From Tubulanus polymorphus (lineage: Eukaryota > Animalia > Nemertea), in the NCBI RefSeq assembly GCF_964204645.1, contig NC_134027.1, forward strand, positions 13,858,485 to 13,922,484: a stretch of DNA of 64,000 nt, given 5' to 3'. Below are positions 52,747-64,000 of this stretch, piece by piece. Under the pieces are notes generated by a model. The model searched no databases, had not been told where the DNA came from, and saw only the letters and a list, made by a program, of their open reading frames with translations. The position numbers and the translations under genes were made by a program. The first letter of the stretch is position 1, and each line of letters begins with the position of its first letter.

Positions 52747-52964
52747 CTAAAAAGATGAAAATATGATTTCATGGACATTGTCCAATACATAATCTAACTG
52801 CAAATTGTATGAATAGAAACAACTATTTTATTTTCTATTCAATGTGATTGATTTTTGGAAAAAGCAGACCTATCAATTGAAACAAATGACTAAGTTCAAA
52901 GCATAAATAAGTTTAAGTCTCTGGTCAACTGCTTCGAATTAAAATTCGACCTAATTTCTTATGA

Positions 52965-53433
52965 GGCCATCCCATCAAAATAATGTTCTGTTTGCCGTAA
53001 CCCGACCGACCTGACTTCAAAGGTACCGAGTGAAAACATTTTCCTGGAATTCCTTGAAGTAAATCTAATTTTTGATAAAAACGGACGGCCTACCTGCCGA
53101 TATATGTGCTGCGTATGTTTGAAGTCAAGTGTGCATCACGTGAAAACACGCCTTGATGTGTGGCCTAGTTTAAGTTTTCCAGGAAGCTGGCAGTGTTCCA
53201 ATAAGCTGCCATTTATTGGTAGTGACTATATTAAAGCTGGTATCGTAAAAGTGCGCATGTGCTGTTTCATTTTGAACATAGCGATGACGCTGTGGACGAA
53301 GTTATGATTTTAGAATTATTCTCAAAATGTAGGTTATTAGACAAATTTCCCGTGCACAACACAGATTTTTGATATTGTCATCATGTAAAAAAGGTGATAA
53401 ATTTGTTTTTTTTTGCCCAAAAATTTTGCAAAT
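52965..53433. mobile_element. Partial inverted copy of the Harbinger MITE at 8520-9089
   Basis: ggccatccc..tgtttgccgtaacccgaccgacc start; reverse-complement similarity to 8620-9089. Confidence 0.7.
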
Positions 53434-53439
53434 ACTTCA

Positions 53440-54400
53440 GATCAATTTATTCCCTTTGTCTTATTGAATTGAATGAGGGATAAAATAATATTGGATTTGA
53501 TTTAAGATTATTCTCCACAAAATAAAATTGAATTTGATATTTTTTGGCAGAATAAAATCTGATTGAATTTGCCATTAGCATATCAAACTCATCCATGTGA
53601 TTTGATAAAAAGCCATTTCCTCAACATTGCATAATTGTCAATATTTTCTGCAGTGCAAATAAAAATAATCCTCCCAAAAACTAAATCAACTAAAGATTCC
53701 ACAAAATTTATCTTGAAACACAATGCTAAATCTTTAAATAAAACCCAGAAGTAAAACAGTAGATGATACCATGGGTTCACATAAACACCTGCTGATTTCT
53801 GCGGTCAGCCAATCAGGAGACTTCCCTATCGCTGATCGGCTGTTAAAACTGATATTCTTGCATCCAGATTTTTGCGAAAGAGCTCATGTAAACCTTAATG
53901 AGACCCTTTTTCAAAATTCTGCTCCCTAGGATTTGGAGAACGGATAATGCTTTAATGAATGATATGTATCAATATATGCTCAGTTGCACAGTCAAACCGC
54001 TATTCCTCGTATCATTTAAATTCGCTCCATTTGTATAGTAATAGGTTCAGACTATGGCTGGCCTAGAAACAAAATCAATTAAATATTTCACAGAAATTGA
54101 GTAAAAGTAAAACAGCAGACATAATACTGTTGGCTCACATGAACACTTACTGATTTCTGTGACCTTAGTTGCAGAAATCAGCTTTATATTCTAGCGCTCA
54201 GATTTTCACGAAAAACCTCCTGTAAATCGTTACCAGGCCCTTTTCGAAATTTGGCTTCCATGGAATTGGAGAATGAGTAATACTTGAATGCATGATTTGT
54301 ATAAATATATGCTCAGTTGCACAGTGAAAGGCCTTTCATCCAGAAACCATATCATTTACAATTACTCCTTTTGTATAGTCAAAGGATAGGACCAGCCTAT
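53440..54400. repeat. Dispersed repeat with internal duplication (similar to 57060-57680)
   Basis: Shared motifs cacctgctgatttctgcg, ggagaatggataatgc, atatgctcagttgcacag. Confidence 0.6.
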
Positions 54401-54637
54401 GGCTGGGCCAAAACAATCAACTTTTCATTAATGAGATCCTAATTCACATGACATGCATCTGTTCATGCAATGAAAGGACTATATTCAAGGCCTGATCTCA
54501 GAGATGGCAGAATTGATTTGTCAAAACATGAGTTTGAGACAAGGTTAGAAAATACGAAAACAAATGATCTTTCTTCTTCAAGTTAAGACCTGCAAAGATA
54601 GGCATCTCTCACATACAAAAGAGCATAGTAAACTTAC

Positions 54638-54696
54638 AGTTATATCAATCTTGAGACCAATGATAAGCAGGTGACCAATGTGATAGGGACAAAATG
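54638..54696 (-). CDS. MARCHF6: MARCHF6 coding exon (AFCPYHIGHLLIIGLKIDIT)
   Basis: ttttcag acceptor, gtaagt donor, 59 nt; matches MARCH6 AFCPYHIGH. Confidence 0.9.
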
Positions 54697-55292
54697 CTGA
54701 AAATAGAAGTTTTGAAGTAACAGCAAATGATTCAATCATGTAGTATCATTTAATTATCTAGACAATATATGCACAAAAAATATGATAGCAAGTGGCAAAG
54801 CAATAGTAAATCAAATTCACAGTTATTTTTAATGTTTCGTGGGCTTCCAAAACTGAATAATGGACGTGGACCCTTTAAATTAGTAACAAGTAGCCTAAGG
54901 GCTTTGATGCTACGGCTATGAATGTTATCACTGCAGGGGTACCAAACATCATTTTATTTACCCTCAGCATTGTAAGTACCATATAAATGAAATGTTATTA
55001 CATAACTGTTTTCAGATAGGTACCTAAGTGGCTAAGTGTATGATGTTTTGCTTTTGACCAACACATGGCTGTGATCATTGATGATAGTTTTTTTTAGAGT
55101 TTTTAGGAATAGCTAATTGAATTGGACTAAAATTCAGTACAGTGAGGCAGTGCTATCCGCTATGTAAAATTGCTTGTTACATATCCATTATGAATAAAAT
55201 CCCTAATTAGGCAGCACATATATAATCTAGAACCAAACAACTATTGAAATTTTCTAACAGCTATTTGAAAAATTCTAACCACAATTGTTTTC

Positions 55293-56340
55293 AGTAGTTG
55301 TATATATGTCGTTCTAGACCAAAGGTCGAGAGGTTGAGCTCATAAAAAAATTAAAAATAAATTCTCACACGCTCGAATTTAATTTTCATTTTTTACTCAC
55401 TCGCCCTCTCAACCTTTGATCTAGAACAACATATATACAATTACTCTAATAATTCCGCATATCAAAAGTGTGAGTAAAATGTTAGCATAATAATCCAGAT
55501 AAATAAGATCAATTATAGATTTCGATGATAAAAAATCAATTTTTAACATAAAAAGTGTGTGTGAAATAATTTAGATTAATAAGCCCAAATATAGAGAAAT
55601 AATTATATATACATTAATTAAAAAACTAACGAGTAATTAACGAGTACATTAATCAAATTTTTAAATATAAAAAGTAACGAGTAATTAACGAGTTGATGAA
55701 AATATCAATTTTAATAAAAAAATGTCTAATAAATGAACAGATACAACAATTCAAAGATATCGATTTAAATGAATTAGAAAAATATTTTACATTTAAAAAT
55801 TTTATTCCTATTAAAGATTTGATTAAAACTGCACATTTTCGTTTTCAAGTGAAAAATATTACTGAATTAATGTTTAAAAATCATTATCTAATGATAGAGT
55901 TATCGAATGAAAAAGATAAAATCTTATTCAATACAATTATTACAAAATTCACAACATTTGATGAAGTAGATAAACATTTGATAATTACAGATGAAATACG
56001 ATCACTTTTTAATAATTAAAATTCACATAAAACATTATTTTTACACTTACGTTATTGCCCTTACAGAGAATGCTATGTAATGTTTTTCAGAGTACAAGGA
56101 AACACATTTATCCCTGACATTCCAAATGAAAAATCATTCAAAGATGTGGGAATTCAATGTGAATTAGATAATAATAATAAACCTTATAAAGATGTTGGAA
56201 TTCAATGTAATTAAGACAATTAAATCGAAACATCTAAATATGAACTGAAATGCTTTTTTAATTAGGTTCCTAATGAAAAAGCGATTTTTATGAGCTCGAC
56301 CTCTCGACCTTTGATCTAGAACGACATATATACAATTACT
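55293..56340. mobile_element. Non-autonomous mini-Maverick/Polinton
   Basis: AGT...ACT termini, ~55-bp TIR, 6-bp TSD gttttc (55287-92, 56341-46), extra internal TIR copy ending 55445. Confidence 0.8.
55696..56019 (+). CDS. AT-rich hypothetical ORF inside the mini-Maverick
   Basis: ~107-codon open frame in very AT-rich DNA; no recognised homolog. Confidence 0.35.
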   Translation: MKISILIKKCLINEQIQQFKDIDLNELEKYFTFKNFIPIKDLIKTAHFRFQVKNITELMFKNHYLMIELSNEKDKILFNTIITKFTTFDEVDKHLIITDEIRSLFNN

Positions 56341-56796
56341 GTTTTCTTCCTATGAGCAAGTGAGTATCTGTGATTCATGTCTGAACTTGGTGGCTAGAAA
56401 TTGGTTGAATGCGTTTATTAAATGTTGCTTTAAACTGGGGAGCCTCACGTAATTTTCAGGTCTACCGAGCATTGACAGCTGTTCTACAGGAGTTGTATAT
56501 TCATCAAACATAATACGGAACACAAAAACTAAATTTCCTCAGTCAGTGTTTTTGTTGATCAGACCTGCCAAACCCGTGTCTGACTAATTCAGTAATATCT
56601 GAAGTTTTTCAGTAACAAGCATGTAATGTATAATATGACGGTGGATTGAAAAAAAGGTTAACTTGATTTTGCGTTGTGTTTTTTCATTTCAATTGTCAAT
56701 ATGATATTGTACGTTTGTAATACCGGCATGAGACATGTAGATTATAATTGTCAACCCCTAACACTACTTATACTTAACTCATCACTAGTCAGTACA

Positions 56797-57878
56797 AAAT
56801 AAATTGCCCATGGGCAAAGTGTGGTTTACCTTTATAGCTAGAGGTTGTTTGGAGTAAGGGCATTGCTTGAACAAGAGCCCCAAGGGGCACTATGGCCAGC
56901 CAGTCAGCTTTTCATAAAATGGCAAATGATGATGCATTCTGTGGGTTAAATTTGTCAAAATACACTCCCAGCTGAGAGTCAATACCTAATAATTTACACA
57001 ATACAATCGTAAAATACAAAAGTAGCACGGACAGCGACTGGATCTGGCAGGAATAAATACCTCAGATAAATCTTTTCCCTTGGTCTTATTGATTTTAATG
57101 TGGAATAAAATTGAATTTTCTGAAATTTGCTCAATAAAACAAAATTGAATTGGATTTGATATTTTTTGCAGAATAAAATTTGATTGAATTTTTAGTTTGA
57201 GCACATGGCTAATAAGCATATCAAGGTCATCTATCCGATTTAAGAAAAAGCTATTTTTTCCGGACTTTGCACAATGGTCAAAGATATTTTCTGTAGTGCT
57301 ATTATAAATATTCCTCCCCAAAACCAAATCAACTAAAGCTTTCACAGAAATCAATCTTGAAATACAATTATAGATCTAAAAATAAAACCAGGAAGTAAAA
57401 CGGTAGACGATACCGCGGGTTCACGTGAACACCTGCTGATTTCTGCGTCTTTGTTTTCTGATTGGCTTTTCAAAACCAATATTTTTGCGATCAGATACTC
57501 GTGAAAAAGCTCATATATATTTTCACAAAACCCTCTTTCAAAATTCAGCTACGTAGAGTTTGGAGAATGGATAATGCTTTAATGAAAGATTTGTATGAAT
57601 ATATGCTCAATTGCACAGACAAAGAGCCTTTACTCTGGAAACCATGTCATTTAAATTCGCTCAATTTGTATAGTAATAGACTAAAAATCTTTTTAATTCT
57701 AGAAGTTTATATTGTATTTCATCTTTCTTAAAGAATTATTTTGTAGTAAAATAAGACCAAAGATAAAAATTTGTTTATGGTCTACATCCAAAATTACGTA
57801 GGGTACAGATAGGCACGGCAGGGAAACTATCTGATATTTTCAAAAAAATGTAGTTCACAATATGAATAAATATTCAAA
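56797..57878 (-). mobile_element. Helentron-type family A copy 4 (truncated), with another repeat inserted at ~56871-57682
   Basis: Hairpin end ttgcccatgggcaa; family A sequence resumes at 57683. Confidence 0.7.
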
Positions 57879-58103
57879 CAAGAAAGAAATTCTAAAAATG
57901 GGCTTGCTGACATGGTTGTACTGAAAGCTTGCTTGGTGGTTTTGTATTTCTGTAGTAGAATTAATCGAACTTTGAACTGATTACTTGTTAAAGAGCTAAG
58001 AGATCGGAGTTGTTACATAAAATGTTACACAGGGGGACTGGGAATCGATATGGTTTTATTGTAGACGCGGACCAAGTTAGTGCAAGCTTTTGGATAGTTG
58101 TTA

Positions 58104-59371
58104 CAGGGTTCATAGCCTCCAGGCCCAACTTAATTCAAGTACTTTCAAGGACCTATTTCAACAAAATTCAAGTACTATTTTCTGAAAAATACCATATACA
58201 CACTAGTATTTAAGGCGAATTTATTGCAATGAAAATTCCTTTATTACAGAAATTTAAAAGAAGTACAAACGCAAATCATCATAAAGAAACATCCACGCGT
58301 AGCAGAGCACTTGAAGCAGAGCACTTGATAACTTTGGAATCTTTCAGCTTTATTTTAAGAAAGATTTACTACATGTATCAGAAATTAATAACTTTAAAAC
58401 AATAAATCTGTGGGCCTTTCAACGGAACTATAGGTAGACCTCGCCATCAAAAAGCCATACTATCGAAAGCAATAATAACAAAATTATACAAAATTAAATT
58501 ACAGCTCATCGACCTATTTACAATCGATTAATTTGCTCCTTTTGAGTTTCGATGGCTGAAATTACATCGGCCAACTCATGTGACTTGTCTTTAGCCGATT
58601 TTTCTCATGGTCACAGATTTTAAAATGAGCTCATGAGTTTCACTTTGTTTGCGAGATTTCACCTAGCTTCTGTTGAAATTGGTCTGCGTTCAATCCAACT
58701 TTTGTATGATTCATGCACCAAGCGTCAGAGAAATGGCACTTTCCCATACTGGCCTATCTAATTTTGAATCCAACAAATTTCGATGACCGGCTTAAACGTC
58801 TAAATGATAACAGCTTAACGCTTAATCATGATCAGCTCGGGATACCCTGACATAAAAAATCACTTTTCGATAGTTAATGCTCCAAAGATCGTCAAAATCA
58901 AGAACGGTCTTTATTTTAATTTGAGGTCATTATTTACTACCAATAATCTATTTAGAATTATTTTGAAGTATTTTGTTTGTTTATTTCATCACAACGGTAT
59001 TTGTATATACGCGGCGCGCGATAGCGGTAGTGCCGCCACGTGTCTACTAATAGATTTGTATACGCATTGTCAGCAGTGAGCCACGTGCCTAATACATTTG
59101 TACTGTATATATACACAAGTCAGCAGTGTATACGAGTCTATAGCACGCTGATAGTACAGAGTCACAGCACTCTCACACGTGGTTGGTAGTGCGCGGGCGT
59201 ATTGAAGTCAATACAACAAACTAATTGACAAAATTTGGCCAACATTAAAAATTCAAGGACTTCCAATGATTTTTACTGAAATTTTGAAAATTCAAGCATT
59301 TTCAAGGCCTTGAAAACGCATTTTGTGATTCAAGCACTATTAAGCACTTTCCAGGATCGCTACGAACCCTG
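58104..59371. mobile_element. hAT-type non-autonomous element with 5-bp TSD
   Basis: cagggttcatagc / gctacgaaccctg; tgtta on both flanks. Confidence 0.82.
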
Positions 59372-59479
59372 TGTTATTTGAATATTGCAGTGTCTTAACT
59401 ATCATCATGTTGATAATTGCTAGATTTGTTATCAGATTGTGTGGAAATGATTTTGCAAAGAAAAATTTACAGCTGAAAG

Positions 59480-60403
59480 AAACTAGGGGTCCAGGGACAC
59501 CATGCCCACTTGGGAAGTGGTTTCAAATGCTCAACAATCTATCATTTACAATACATAACGCCCCCTAGTGACCATATACAAAAACCAATGACCTTGAAAT
59601 CCACCACAATCATAGAACATGTCAGCAGCTACGACTTTGTAATTGATTGTGATAACAAAATATGCCTCGTTACCAATTTGATATGGAAATACTAAGTTAT
59701 TCTACTATTCAACACCCCCTGGTGACCATATGCAATACCCAATGACCTTAAAACTCACCACAATAGTAGTACATGTCATGAAATACAACTTTGCAATTGA
59801 TCATGGCAACAAAATATGCCTAGGTACCAATCTAATAAGGAAATACTAAGTTATTCTACTATTCAACGCCCCCTGGTGACCATATAGAATAACTAAGGTC
59901 TTTAAAACTCACCAAAAACATGGAAGATGTCATGAGCTACAGCTTTGCAAATGATTGTGGTAAAAAAATATGCATAGGTACAAATATAATATAGAAATAC
60001 TAAGTTATTGTATTATTCAACGCCCCCTGGTGGCCACATACAAAAACCAATGACCTTGAAACTCACCAAAATCATACAACACCAATATGCTTAGGTATGA
60101 ATTTAATGTGGAAATACTTTTTTCCACCTACGAATGAGTACTGATGACACCAAGATTAAAATTTCCATCAAAAACTTTGAAAATGTGTAAAAATTGCTGA
60201 TTTTGGCGAACAACAATGGCTGCCAGTCGGCCATCTTGAATCTGACAGGGCCAGTTTTTGGGCCTAGGGTAGATACATGTATAAACTAAATATCAAGACA
60301 TAACCTTGAAGCGTCTTCAAAACTTCCCAAAATAAATGGATTCTGTCTGAACGCAAAGTGAACGCAATAGCCCGCTGGGACTTAAGTCCCAACTGGGCTA
60401 AAA
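59480..60403 (-). mobile_element. Helentron-type element with ~153-bp internal tandem repeats
   Basis: Ends aactaggggtccagggacacc and agcccgctgggacttaagtcccaactgggctaaaaa; units start ~59557, 59710, 59863, 60018. Confidence 0.8.
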
Positions 60404-60907
60404 ACGTGACTAACTCGAGTGACTTCAGGTGAAGAGAAGCGAACACCAAAATAGATAAGAGCCACGATTTTTCATTTTAAAATAATAAAGACATTAAGCA
60501 AGATTAAGTTACATTTCCTTCAAATGACAATCCACTACGATCATCCGATAAAGTTTATTGCCATCATAGGCTACCGCCCCCTGGCTCTTTGAAGAGACAG
60601 GGAACCAGTCTTCGATTCAATCAAGAATTTATTTTACAGAAGAGTGGTTACTAAGTTTTAGATATTTAAACTGAAAAATATAAATGTTCATACAGAGATT
60701 TTACAAATGGCTGCTAACGCAAGCACCCAATGAAAGTAAAAAAATTAAAATTATTTTTTAAAAGCGTGAAAGTAAATGTTTCATTATGAAATTTTGTGTC
60801 AATAAAGAATAAATTGAATTGCCGGCAGCACTATGCCGCGCATGAATACCAATTTCAAGCCTGATCATACACGCTCAACCAAGGTTGGTATGTGCTGCTG
60901 AAATAAC

Positions 60908-63900
60908 AACTAGGGGTCCAGGGACACCTGCCCACTTGGGAAGTGGTTTTAAATGCTCAACAATCTAACAATTTCAATACATAACGCCACCTAGTGACCA
61001 TATACAAAAACCAATGACCTTGAAACCCACCACAATCATAGAACATGTCAGCAGCTATGATTTTGTAATTGATTGTGATAACAAAATATGCCTCCTTACC
61101 AATTTAATATGGAAATACTAAGTTATTCTACTATTCAACGCCGCCTGGTGACCATATGCAAAATCCAATGACCTTAAAACTCACCACAATCGTAGTACAT
61201 GTCATGAAATACAACTTTGCAATTGATCATGGTAACAAAATATGCCTAGGTACCAATCTAATAAGGAAAAACTAAGCTATTCTACTATTCAACGCCCCCT
61301 GGTGACTATATGGAATAACTAATGTCCTTAAAAACTCGCCACAATTATAGACGATGTCATGAACTACAACTTTGCAATTGATCATGGTAACAAAATATGC
61401 CTAGGTACCAATCTAATAAGGAAATACTAAGTTATTCTACTATTCAACGCCCCATGGTGACCATATACACGCTTCCATTTAAAATGGCCGCGTTAACGCG
61501 TGACGTCATGGGAGGAGAGACTCTGTTGTATAGCAATGAGCCGCTATCTCCGCCATTGAAAATAACAATAGTCCACTGAACAATTGCTCTATTTAAAACC
61601 GGTTTTGTGCTCTGAGATGGATGAAATGGATCTAGCAGCCGCTGACAATCGAAAGGTTAGTTTATTGTTCAAACATCATTTATGAAGTAAAAGTCGTTAA
61701 TCAAGTGGATTGAATGTAATGGGATACTTTAAGTGGCGTTTCAATCTCGAATAGAAAACACTTCCGGGTTTAGAAATTGGAACAAACGAAGATAATATCT
61801 GTAGTTAGGCCTAGTTGTAAGTGTCGAGACGCATCAAAAACTTTATTAACATGATAAAAACATCGTGAAAGTTATGGAATTGAAGTAGATTGATGCCAAG
61901 TAAAAAAATTTGACTTAGATTAGACCAAAAAATCGCTTATTTATTAGAAAAAAAAACAAACAAAAAACAAGGCAAGGATCAACAAGACGATGTGCCATGG
62001 TGACTCTCATCTGACCAGTCATTTAAAAAATGAAAGTTAATTAGCTCCTGTTGTGTTAGGTTCCAGGAATGAACAATTGAACCTTTGGCTTTAATTCACA
62101 TTCTAAGCAGCTTTATGGTTCTGTTTCTGTATGATTGTAAATTAGGCCTATGATTATGGAATAATTGAGCTTTTTAGTAGGTCTAATCTTTCTCTTGGAT
62201 TTTGTATTTCCAGGTGAACGTAATTGTTCTTGGTTCCGACGATGATAACAAGTTTCGGGAGGTGACCAATGATCATGATATTGATGACCAGGATGACTTA
62301 TTATCAGAGTTAGGCCTATCAGACTTATCAGATTTATCAGACTTGGAGTCAGGATGTTGAAGAAGCTGATGAAAATTCTGAGTGTTCATGTTTAAAGGTA
62401 GGTTTTTAGGCTTTTAATATTTTGATAATTTAAATTCTTTAGCAAGGCCCTGTTGTATATTAACCAGAAAGGTCACTCACAGTAAAAATATAGGCTTAGA
62501 TCTCAAATTGTACTGTGGGTTCATGTCAATTTGTGCTTATGGCTGGCCCTTGGGCCCTTACTGTGTACTGCACAATACATAAAGCATGTACGACATGATA
62601 CAAGGCAGATGACATATCAATGGGTAGGTATTAGTATCCAGATAGACCTATAACTATAAGGCTATTTCTGTACCTGTCAATATTCTGACACTCTCCTAAA
62701 TTTTTTTTTTAGCTGATAGAACAGGATATCCCAGGAGCCATTCTTACCAAACCACCGGAGCACCACAAAAATGAAGAACTTATGTTTTGGTTGGACTGCA
62801 GAAACTTAAAGTACAAAAGAAGTGCCAAAAAGTCAGATCTTGTGGATTGTTTTAAAAAATATGAATAGTGGTATCCACCATCAAATTGTCGATCCTGATC
62901 CACTTAATTGCTACACAAATAAAAAAAGGGCAGAGTGTACCAAGTGCAATCATCAGACTGGTCATTCTGACACTGCAGCGGGAAGCTCTTCTGATACACT
63001 GGCATCGATATATGATGATTTCGATAACTCAAACTTAGTTTGGGAAACATCCCTAAAACATGTTCCAAGGATGTTTTGTCATAGCCAATTGAAAAGTCAT
63101 GTAGAGAAATCTGGCAGAAAAGTTAAAGGACATACATATATAGAAAAAACACTTGAAAAAGGCTATAAATTTTTTTTTGAAAACTATATTCATGATTGCA
63201 AATGTAGCCAAGTGAATGACATGTGCCTAATAAAAGGTTTATGCTATAGATCACAAAAGAAAAATGCTGATCCTCATCGTCCCAAAATTGGCTTATCAAA
63301 TATTAACGGTGATGTGAAGATTGCCAAGTGTTCATGCGTAGCAGGGCTGAATGGTCATTGCAACCACATTGTTGGTCTCCTGTTCCTGCTAAATCATTGC
63401 AAAGCTATGAATTTTAAAGTTTTCCCTAGGGCAACCACATGTACTGAAAACCCTTAACGTTGGCATATTCCCAGCAGAAAGGATGGTCTTAGACCTGAAC
63501 CCATCATGGGAACTTGGGTTATGAAGCCCGAGTATGGGAAAGAGAAAAAGGGCATTAAGTGCACTCTCTTTGAGGCCAGGTTTGAGAGCCTACGCAATAC
63601 TGATGGAGTGGGATTGCCGCCAATTGTGTCATAATTGGCTGATCAAAAATACCTGTCTCAGGTATAAAACATCCCTTTCCAAAGAATACTCATCACAAAT
63701 TGCAATGAGAAATGGCAAACCAGTAGGAAGCTACAGGACCTAGAATTCTGGCCAAAACTGACATTTTTGTGCACTAAAAAGGTCATAGGACGGCCATCTT
63801 GAGTCAGATCGACCCAATTTTTCTTATGCTGATGAACCCTTGGTAGATTCAAATATGAACTAAGGATCAAGGTAATTGATCAAAGCGTCTTCAAAATTTC

Positions 63901-64000
63901 CATCGAAAACTTCGAAAATGTGTAAAAAGTTCTGATTTTGGCAAACAACAATGGCTGCCAGTCGGCCATCTTGAATCTGAGAGGGCCAGTTTTTGGGCTG
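60908..64000 (-). mobile_element. Second copy of the 153-bp-repeat Helentron-type element, interrupted by a DNA transposon
   Basis: Same start; units to ~61468; family sequence resumes ~63850-63890. Confidence 0.75.
61465..63840 (+). mobile_element. ISL2EU-like DNA transposon remnant carrying a SAP-like/SWIM gene
   Basis: DIPGAIL..EELMFWLDCR (SAP-like, ~62725-62850); CSCVAGLNGHCNHIVGLL SWIM; TCTENP*RWHIP; superfamily assignment is inferred. Confidence 0.6.

Larger units (their letters stand above)
6901..54696 (-). other. MARCHF6: MARCHF6 gene span (3' portion: 13 coding exons, 12 introns; 5' exons not found in window)
   Basis: 13 GT-AG exons total 1835 nt and join in consistent phase into a protein collinear with MARCH6 from AFCPYHIGH to YLVGKRLVNYE*. 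Confidence 0.95.

Noticed and set aside
59557-61468. CRISPR-like array
   Set aside because: Whole ~153-bp units are homologous with no unique spacers; eukaryotic context, no cas genes.
54697-64000. Upstream MARCHF6 exons (LEHVFWVVSLN, RING-CH)
   Set aside because: Not found by eye; probably beyond the window.

Overview
Eukaryotic, AT-rich invertebrate genomic DNA; the repeat types resemble those of molluscs and other lophotrochozoans (inference). One host gene is present: the 3' 13 coding exons of MARCHF6 (MARCH6/TEB4/Doa10, ER membrane RING-CH E3 ligase) on the minus strand, from 54696 down to the stop at 6901. All junctions are GT-AG and phase-consistent; the 5' RING-CH exons were not found and probably lie beyond the window. 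The introns are filled with nested, mostly decayed transposons: two Penelope-like elements, a Gypsy LTR element inside a BEL/Pao element, a spliced hAT transposon, an L2-like LINE, a DIRS element, two ISL2EU-like elements, Maverick/Polinton relics, many Helentron-type non-autonomous elements and several MITEs. The most notable observation is a Penelope-like retroelement whose ORF carries an in-frame OTU cysteine-protease (deubiquitinase-fold) domain. Others are a 1-kb mini-Maverick with three TIR copies, a DIRS whose reconstructed target is a 22-bp palindrome, CAG-terminal hAT-type elements with 5-6 bp TSDs, and a uniform orientation of Helentron-type elements. All calls come from reading the sequence by eye; no searches were run.
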